A DNA stretch of 32,000 bases from Psychrobacter sp. HD31 (GTDB taxonomy: Bacteria; Pseudomonadota; Gammaproteobacteria; Pseudomonadales; Moraxellaceae): contig NZ_CP142525.1 of assembly GCF_051097895.1 (NCBI RefSeq), forward strand, positions 870,001-902,000. The letters are read 5' to 3'. This document shows positions 20,311 through 25,918 of this stretch, one piece after another. The translations under genes and the position numbers were made by a program. Position 1 is the first letter of the stretch; the number at the start of each line of letters is the position of its first letter. Below the pieces are notes generated by a model. That model searched no databases, was not told the DNA's origin, and saw only the letters and a list, made by a program, of their open reading frames with translations.

Positions 20311-20598
20311 TCATGGAATAATCTCATAAGTAAATTTATCTACCCAATTGAATTGTTCATCTTGTTTTTTAGTTTTTTTGAACACTTTAATTATATCATC
20401 AAAAGTATCTATGTTTTTTCTTGACACATCTGCGTTTATCCAAGTGATGTGAACAGGTCTTTCAACATTAGCACTTAATGTGTCCCATAAAGCATCCAGA
20501 TTTTTTCCATAATATTTTTGTATATCAAATACTTTTGCAATTTTATCGTGAAAACCCTGTTCAGTTAAGATTTTTTTTCCATCTAGTACAATATTCAT
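20311..20598 (-). CDS. Barstar-family ribonuclease inhibitor (orphan immunity protein)
   Basis: MNIVLDGKKILTEQGFHDKIAKVFDIQKYYGKNLDALWDTLSANVERPVHITW aligns along its length with B. amyloliquefaciens barstar (..[49 protein letters not shown]), including the barnase-contacting Asp35/Asp39 equivalents. I set the start at the ATG at 20598 rather than the track's TTG at 20610. Confidence 0.85.
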   Translation of the reverse strand: MNIVLDGKKILTEQGFHDKIAKVFDIQKYYGKNLDALWDTLSANVERPVHITWINADVSRKNIDTFDDIIKVFKKTKKQDEQFNWVDKFTYEIIP

Positions 20599-20600
20599 AA

Positions 20601-20684
20601 TTACTTCCAAGTTCCTATAGCTGTTGCTGATTTGTAATGATAGTTTGTGATATATAACAAACCATCATTAGAATAGTTAAGTAC
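20601..20684 (-). pseudogene. Short C-terminal remnant of a barnase-like RNase toxin
   Basis: My minus-strand translation is VLNYSNDGLLYITNYHYKSATAIGTWK*. It resembles the barnase C-terminus (ILYSSDWLIYKTTDHYQTFTKIR) and includes the catalytic His position. The stop is 2 nt before the barstar ATG, and the 5' side is cut off by REPIN-B. Confidence 0.5.
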
Positions 20685-20686
20685 CA

Positions 20687-20820
20687 ATAGGCTGGGCTTA
20701 TAGCCCAGCAGATTATAAAACTAAAAAATCAATACAAACAAACTTTAGAAAAATAACGGATTGAAATATTCGTAAAGTTATACATCCCCTACAAAATAGC
20801 TGGGCAAGATGCCCAGCCTT
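20687..20820. repeat. REPIN/MITE-like element, family B, copy 1
   Basis: The sequence is ATAGGCTGGGCTTATAGCCCAGC ... AGCTGGGCAAGATGCCCAGCCTT. Inverted terminal REP hairpins flank an AT-rich core of about 90 bp. It is near-identical (about 8 mismatches by eye) to 21434-21568. Confidence 0.8.
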
Positions 20821-20830
20821 ATATTCCTTA

Positions 20831-21274
20831 CTAATTCATAATTAGATAAATATTAGGTGGCGACTCATACATAGCATCAAAAAAATTAGCTTCTTTTAAA
20901 TTCATTGTTTGCCATTGCACAACTTCACACATCTGTGCTGTAAGGCTGGTTAAGTATGAATCATTTAATACTAATAAAACTTTTTGAGAAAAAACTGGAT
21001 ACTTATTAACAAACTCTAACCAGCCTACAATATATACATCTTTCCAATTATTCCATTGTTCTATAAACCAATCAGAAACAATATCATGTAAAGCGTCTAG
21101 GTTTTTTCCTATTTGAATGTCCGTACTATAACTGGCTCTAAGATTATTGCCAATAGCTATTAAAAAATCATCTTCTAGCTTACATTGTTTCAGGTTAATA
21201 ATTATATTATCTGAGTTCTCAGACCGTTTTTGACCAAATTGATTCCAGCTTTCTTTATTTTCAAAGACAATCAT
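20831..21274 (-). CDS. Barstar-like immunity protein (extended, 147 aa)
   Basis: The central block DFLIAIGNNLRASYSTDIQIGKNLDALHDIVSDWF carries the barstar GxNLDALxD motif with both Asp retained. Its start codon overlaps the stop of the upstream RNase fragment (ATGA). Confidence 0.7.
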   Translation of the reverse strand: MIVFENKESWNQFGQKRSENSDNIIINLKQCKLEDDFLIAIGNNLRASYSTDIQIGKNLDALHDIVSDWFIEQWNNWKDVYIVGWLEFVNKYPVFSQKVLLVLNDSYLTSLTAQMCEVVQWQTMNLKEANFFDAMYESPPNIYLIMN

Positions 21275-21432
21275 TTTATTCTTCCAAATGAGTCATAATG
21301 AGTACCTGTATAATACATTCTGCCGTCACTACCGACAACGATTCTGTCTGTACCTGCACCTAAACCATCTCTTACATTTTGAATGTCATATTCTTTATAG
21401 GTTATTTTATGACCCGATTTAGTTACAGTACC
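21271..21432 (-). pseudogene. 5'-truncated barnase/RNase Sa-family toxin domain (C-terminal 53 codons)
   Basis: My minus-strand translation is GTVTKSGHKITYKEYDIQNVRDGLGAGTDRIVVGSDGRMYYTGTHYDSFGRIK*. It aligns with RNase Sa (YHEYTVITPGARTRGTRRIICGEATQEDYYTGDHYATFSLID) and barnase (WREADINYTSGFRNSDRILYSSDWLIYKTTDHYQTFTKIR), with the catalytic Glu, Arg and His positions present. It has no start codon, and the upstream side runs straight into REPIN-B. Confidence 0.75.
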
Positions 21433-21433
21433 A

Positions 21434-21568
21434 GTAGGCTGGGCTTTTAGCCCAGAAGATTATAAAACTAAAAAATCAATACAAACAAACTTTAGAAAAA
21501 TAACGGATTGAAATATTCGTAAAGTTATAAACCCCTTACAAAATAGCTGGGCAAAATGCCCAGCCTAC
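21434..21568. repeat. REPIN/MITE-like element, family B, copy 2
   Basis: The sequence is GTAGGCTGGGCTTTTAGCCCAG ... AGCTGGGCAAAATGCCCAGCCTAC. It has the same architecture and core as 20687-20820. Confidence 0.8.
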
Positions 21569-21671
21569 GCTTGCTAGCACCAATGGAATTATTCACATCC
21601 GCTCTACCAATATTGGTTACATTATCCGCATAATAGCCACCCACCACTTGGTCGGGGTTATGTAGACCCAA
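21569..21671 (-). pseudogene. Internal fragment of a toxin-like ORF (possibly an HNH/EndoVII-fold nuclease domain), truncated on both sides by REPINs
   Basis: The minus-strand frame is open across the whole 103-bp unique segment and reads LGLHNPDQVVGGYYADNVTNIGRADVNNSIGASK. The H-x-P-D-x3-G-G ... N-x-S-I-G pattern reminds me of His...Asn cores in polymorphic-toxin HNH-type nucleases. This is recognition from memory only. Confidence 0.35.
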
Positions 21672-21805
21672 GTAGGGTGCGTTTCACGCACCATTTTATA
21701 CAAAAAAGCCAAATTAAATAAAGATTTTTATTATTAATATCATGTATTTATAAACATAATAAAATCAACATCGTGTCATCTTTCAGTGCGTGGAACGTAC
21801 CCTAA
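21672..21805. repeat. REPIN/MITE-like element, family A, copy 2
   Basis: The sequence is GTAGGGTGCGTTTCACGCAC ... GTGCGTGGAACGTACCCTAA. It is colinear with 19897-20030, and its right end provides the stop codon of the 109-aa ORF. Confidence 0.8.
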
Positions 21806-22131
21806 GCACTTCTCCTATAGAATTCTATAAAAACATCATGTTTGTCAGGGCAAGTACGGAAGAATTCTACTTGAGAAGTAGAAAATATCTTGCTATTGAT
21901 GTTATAATCATTTTGTATTGAACTTGCTTCTAAAAAATTATCAATTAATAATGAGAACTCAAACATTATTTCATCTCTTATAACTTCTTCATCTTCATGA
22001 CTTTTATCATTTAGGATAAAATACAGGGATATTTGTTTACCATTCATAGAAAAATAAATTCTCTTGAAGTTATCATTTATCTCACCCAAACAAGCTTGCG
22101 ATAACAAAAAACACACATGAAAAAAATCCAT
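21802..22131 (-). CDS. Hypothetical 109-aa protein (candidate orphan immunity protein)
   Basis: An intact ORF has a strong RBS (AGGAG 7 nt upstream of the ATG). It is small, acidic and cytoplasmic-looking, and its context is a toxin/immunity cassette array. I recognise no family. Confidence 0.5.
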   Translation of the reverse strand: MDFFHVCFLLSQACLGEINDNFKRIYFSMNGKQISLYFILNDKSHEDEEVIRDEIMFEFSLLIDNFLEASSIQNDYNINSKIFSTSQVEFFRTCPDKHDVFIEFYRRSA

Positions 22132-22170
22132 AATCAGCTCCTATTTCACTGGCACTATACTAACTTTCTT

Positions 22171-22187
22171 AGGCTTATAGCCCAGCA
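22171..22187. repeat. Degenerate REP family B half-site
   Basis: AGGCTTATAGCCCAGCA matches the left REP-B (AGGCTGGGCTTATAGCCCAGCA) with a 5-nt deletion that destroys the hairpin. Confidence 0.4.
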
Positions 22188-22407
22188 ATATCATTGCCTA
22201 ACCAACAATACCTAATCGTATTCTAAATCCATTATAGTTAATATACCATCATTACCCCAGTCAGATGAATAAAGACCTTTTTCAATATAGCAAACGCCTC
22301 CAACATTGTTATGCTATGTGCCTTTACTTTTGTTCAATATTATTCTATCAGGGCTATTTTGGCATCTGTTTTTGCGGGGGCTGTTGTGGTGGTTTAGGTT
22401 AGTTGTA

Positions 22408-22429
22408 CTGGGCAAGATGCCCAGCCTAC
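22408..22429. repeat. Solo REP, family B
   Basis: The sequence is CTGGGCAAGATGCCCAGCCTAC, the same hairpin plus CTAC as at 20242-20265 and in the right ends of REPIN-B. Confidence 0.7.
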
Positions 22430-22446
22430 GGTTCCTTTTCAATAAA

Positions 22447-23070
22447 TCAAATTAAATGCAGGTATTTATTGATTATATATTCATATACATGTTTTTTATC
22501 AAACATTGTAATCTCTACTTTAGCAGTGCCACGCTCCCAAAATAAAACTTGCCACTCTGTTTCACTTATTTTTTTTATACTTTCACAATCATTTCGTGTT
22601 TGAAAATCACCATAAAACCAATCTTCAATTTTACCAGTGATAGACTCTTGGTTAATTACAACTTCCTTAAAAACTTCTCGAATCTCATTGATACGTCCAA
22701 CAAAATCTTGATACGTCTCTAAAGGATTCAAGAGAATTGCTACTGCCTCTTCAAAGTTTTTAGTTTCTCGATACCAGCCCTTTGTTGGATATGAATCTAG
22801 ATTTACTGACAGTAATTTTTTTGATTTGTTGCGGTATTGATCAAATAAAACCTGTAAATCAAAAAAGTCTGGATGATATGTACTGATAGATATATGCTTA
22901 CCAGAATCAATTTTATAAATTCTAGATTCATCGCCAAAAGATTCAATCGTGATGCCAGATTCAGACTTTAATGGATAGAGTGTATTACCTACTCTGTCTA
23001 AATCAATATTAAATTCTGTATAAAAAAAACGACGATACTTATTCATTTTTTCCAATCTATCATTGTTCAT
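22447..23070 (-). CDS. Hypothetical 207-aa protein (candidate immunity protein, unknown family)
   Basis: It is an intact ORF with no signal peptide or TM segment. Its ATG directly abuts the TAG of a 27-codon upstream ORF (23071-23154), a coupled arrangement like the toxin-immunity pairs downstream. I recognise no family. Confidence 0.6.
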   Translation of the reverse strand: MNNDRLEKMNKYRRFFYTEFNIDLDRVGNTLYPLKSESGITIESFGDESRIYKIDSGKHISISTYHPDFFDLQVLFDQYRNKSKKLLSVNLDSYPTKGWYRETKNFEEAVAILLNPLETYQDFVGRINEIREVFKEVVINQESITGKIEDWFYGDFQTRNDCESIKKISETEWQVLFWERGTAKVEITMFDKKHVYEYIINKYLHLI

Positions 23071-23427
23071 CTATGTTGGTTCTATACGTTTATAAAATGA
23101 GAAGTTATGTGCATCATACTGTAACTTACCACGCCCATACAAACCAGCAAACATGTAGAGTTTTATTTAAAACTAACCAAAAGAAATTTTTACCCAATTA
23201 TCAAGCGCCAACTTAGGTCGTGTTAACAAGGTACGAGCTTAACACGACAAAATTCTAGTCAGTAAAAAAACACTTAGTTAAGAAAAAACCAGATGCTGAC
23301 ATAGCCCTGATTGCAGCGGTTATACTGCCTGATTTGGTGGGTTGCAAAGGCTAGGTTTTGGCGGGGCGACGCGGTGAGCAAGCGACACGCCAAACCGTGC
23401 CACTGCCCCACAAAAACAGGTAGATAA

Positions 23428-23450
23428 TAGCGAAAAGCAGGTTTTCGCTA
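23428..23450 (-). terminator. Possible terminator hairpin downstream of the DEAD-box helicase gene
   Basis: TAGCGAAAA-GCAGG-TTTTCGCTA forms a 9-bp stem about 65 nt after the helicase stop. On the minus strand a moderately U-rich tract (UUAUCUACCUGUUUUUG) follows. Confidence 0.45.
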
Positions 23451-23513
23451 CAAAATAACGACTTTTAAAAACTAAATAACACCTAAAAATAACATCAAAA
23501 CACAATGTTAAAA

Positions 23514-25073
23514 TTAATGTTTTGGCTTACCCTTTTTAAAGCCCTTAACCATTTTACTGGTTTTACCAAAAACCTCTTCTTTCACACCAGTACGCTTAAC
23601 TGGCTTGCCCATTGGTTTGGCATTACGGTTAGTACGCTTTAAGTTTGGTTTAGGTACTTTTTTATGCTGCTTACCCTCGCCAACGCCTTCACCAAACTTG
23701 TCTGCACGCTCTGCCCCAAAACGCTTGCCTTTTCTTCTTTTTGCTTTGGTTGGGTCATAATCAAAGCCACGGTTTCGTCCATTTTTGCCATTACCTCTTG
23801 GTTTACCATTTCTACCGCCTGCTTTACCACCTCGGCTATTGCGTTCACGCTTGGCAATATAAGGTTTTGGCTCCATACCATTAACTTCATGCACCTCAAA
23901 GGTTTGCTCTAAAAAGTGTTGCAACTCAATTAAACGGCTACGCTCGACATGGGTGGCAACCGTAATTGCCTTGCCTTGCTTGCCTGCACGCCCTGTGCGC
24001 CCAATGCGATGCACATAGTCTTCGTTTTTCATGGGTACGCCATAGTTAAACACATGGCTGATGGTTGGCACATCCAGCCCACGTGCGGCAACATCGGTGG
24101 CAACTAAAATTTTAACCTTACCACTACGCAGTTTTTTAAGTTGCTTCATACGCAAATGCTGTTGCATGCCACCGTGCAAATCAACAACATCATAGCCCTT
24201 TTTGCGTAAATCAAACGCCAAGCGTTCGGTTTCTACCTTGGTTGGGGCAAATACTACCGCTTGCTCTATCGGCTCATTGCGTAACCAATGCATCAGCAAG
24301 GATTGCTTATGCATTTCATCATCTGCCCAATAAAGTGACTGTGTGATGTCGGCATGTTTGTCTTGCGTGTTAGCCAGCTCAATGCGCTCAGGGTTGTTCA
24401 TTAATTTGCTACCAAGGCGCACAATCTCGTCTGCAAATGTGGCAGAAAACAGCAGGGTTTGCTCTCTATTTGCCGAAAACTGAGCAATTTTGGCAAGGGC
24501 TTCACTAAAGCCGAGGTCAAGCATTCTGTCGGCTTCGTCCAGCACTAGGTGGGTAACATAGTCGAGCGAGATGTTGTTTTTGCTTTGTAAATCTAGCAAA
24601 CGCCCAGGGGTGGCAATCACCACCTGTGCCCCTTTAAGCCCAGCAATTTGTTTTGGGTAAGACATCCCACCAACAACGCTGGCAATACGAACGCCTTGTG
24701 TTTTTTTAATTAAATTAACGGCATCTTGAAACACCTGTTGCACAAGCTCCCTTGTTGGGCAAATTACCAAAACTTGCGGACGTGATTTTTTATGGCGGCT
24801 ATGCTCTGGTGGTAAGGTGTTGATAACATTTGCCAAACACGGCAACAAAAAGGCAATGGTTTTACCACTACCCGTTTGGGCAGATACCATCAAATCCTTG
24901 CCTGCTAACGCTTGGTTTAAGGTTTGCTCTTGTACTTGTGTTGGGCTATTAAAACCCATGTCATCCAGTGCTGCTAATAAAGGCTCAGGTAACTGATAAT
25001 CAGCAAACTTTGTTGTATTTGCTGATTGATCAACATCGTTGTTTTGAGGGTTGCTTGTTGTTTGGTTAGGCAT
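23514..25073 (-). CDS. DEAD-box ATP-dependent RNA helicase (RhlE-like) with basic C-terminal tail
   Basis: It has a Q-motif region, AQTGSGKT (motif I), DEAD (II), SAT (III) and HRIGRTGRAG (VI). The C-terminal 120 aa or so are K/R/G-rich. Confidence 0.93.
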   Translation of the reverse strand: MPNQTTSNPQNNDVDQSANTTKFADYQLPEPLLAALDDMGFNSPTQVQEQTLNQALAGKDLMVSAQTGSGKTIAFLLPCLANVINTLPPEHSRHKKSRPQVLVICPTRELVQQVFQDAVNLIKKTQGVRIASVVGGMSYPKQIAGLKGAQVVIATPGRLLDLQSKNNISLDYVTHLVLDEADRMLDLGFSEALAKIAQFSANREQTLLFSATFADEIVRLGSKLMNNPERIELANTQDKHADITQSLYWADDEMHKQSLLMHWLRNEPIEQAVVFAPTKVETERLAFDLRKKGYDVVDLHGGMQQHLRMKQLKKLRSGKVKILVATDVAARGLDVPTISHVFNYGVPMKNEDYVHRIGRTGRAGKQGKAITVATHVERSRLIELQHFLEQTFEVHEVNGMEPKPYIAKRERNSRGGKAGGRNGKPRGNGKNGRNRGFDYDPTKAKRRKGKRFGAERADKFGEGVGEGKQHKKVPKPNLKRTNRNAKPMGKPVKRTGVKEEVFGKTSKMVKGFKKGKPKH

Positions 25074-25153
25074 TTAGGTTAAACTCGCTTATATGTGTAT
25101 GCAGTTGAGGAGGGTAATTTTGAGTCGGTACAATACCGATTAAAGTTGATTAA

Positions 25154-25200
25154 AAAAGATAAAAAGCAAAAGCCCTCATCCTAAAGATAAGGGCTTTTGC
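25154..25200 (-). terminator. Rho-independent terminator of mscL
   Basis: GCAAAAGCCCT...AGGGCTTTTGC forms an 11-bp stem (25166-25200), followed on the minus strand by a T-rich run. Confidence 0.7.
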
Positions 25201-25235
25201 TCTATATAGCAAATTATACGCTGTAATTGTATCAA

Positions 25236-25658
25236 TTACTTGCTAAGTTTTTCGCTAATTTCACGCAGTAGTACCACTTCTTCACTTGGCTCTGCTGGTG
25301 CTTCTTCATCAGCGGCACGCATTTTGTTCATTGAACGTACCATCATAAAGATGATAAACGCTAAAATAACAAAATTGATAAGTACAGTAATAAAGTTACC
25401 ATAAGCAAGCATTGGCACACCGGCTTCTTTAAGTGCTTCATAAGTCATGGCTGTGCCTTCTGGTACGTCACCCAACACAGTAAACATGTTAGCAAAATCT
25501 AAATCACCGCCCATCACAGCAGATACAAGCGGCATGATGATGTCTTCTACCAATGACGTTGTAATTGTGCCAAACGCAGCACCAATAATCATACCAACAG
25601 CTAAGTCGATAACACTACCATTTGCAGCAAAGTCTTTAAACTCTGACATTAAACTCAT
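25236..25658 (-). CDS. mscL: Large-conductance mechanosensitive channel MscL
   Basis: The conserved N-terminus (EFKDFAANGSVIDLAVGMIIGAAFGTI) and two TM helices are present. It is 140 aa, with a GAGGAA RBS. Confidence 0.95.
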   Translation of the reverse strand: MSLMSEFKDFAANGSVIDLAVGMIIGAAFGTITTSLVEDIIMPLVSAVMGGDLDFANMFTVLGDVPEGTAMTYEALKEAGVPMLAYGNFITVLINFVILAFIIFMMVRSMNKMRAADEEAPAEPSEEVVLLREISEKLSK

Positions 25659-25918
25659 GATTGTTTCCTCAAATAATTTATTTATAGATAGTTTTGAATT
25701 AAAAATTTAGTAAACTCAGCATCGGATTTTATAGCAAAAAACGGCAAAAGTCATGTGTTTTTTTGTATTGCATTAACTCTTAACCCATTGTATTTATAGG
25801 GATTTAACTTTTATGAACTCGGTACACATAAAAAAGTAAGGTAAACTATAAACGATTTTTTTATAATAAAAATGTATATTAACTTTAGTTTATGTTACTC
25901 ATTTAAAAGGATATTGAA

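Noticed and set aside
19897-22429. Possibility that the repeated elements are a CRISPR array
   Set aside because: The repeats are about 134 bp with terminal inverted repeats. They belong to two different families, occur twice each at irregular spacing, and have coding genes between them. No short direct repeat-spacer periodicity and no cas genes are present.
23320-23505. 61-aa minus-strand ORF covering the GC-rich hairpin region
   Set aside because: It is Cys/Phe-rich and begins inside the helicase terminator region with no RBS. The open frame is more simply explained by local GC-richness.
19217-23513. Integrase, tRNA or direct-repeat att sites that would mark the islet as a classical genomic island or prophage remnant
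   Set aside because: I found no integrase or recombinase ORF and no tRNA-like sequence (no T-loop GGTTCGA-type motif). The only mobility-related sequence is the RAYT remnant.
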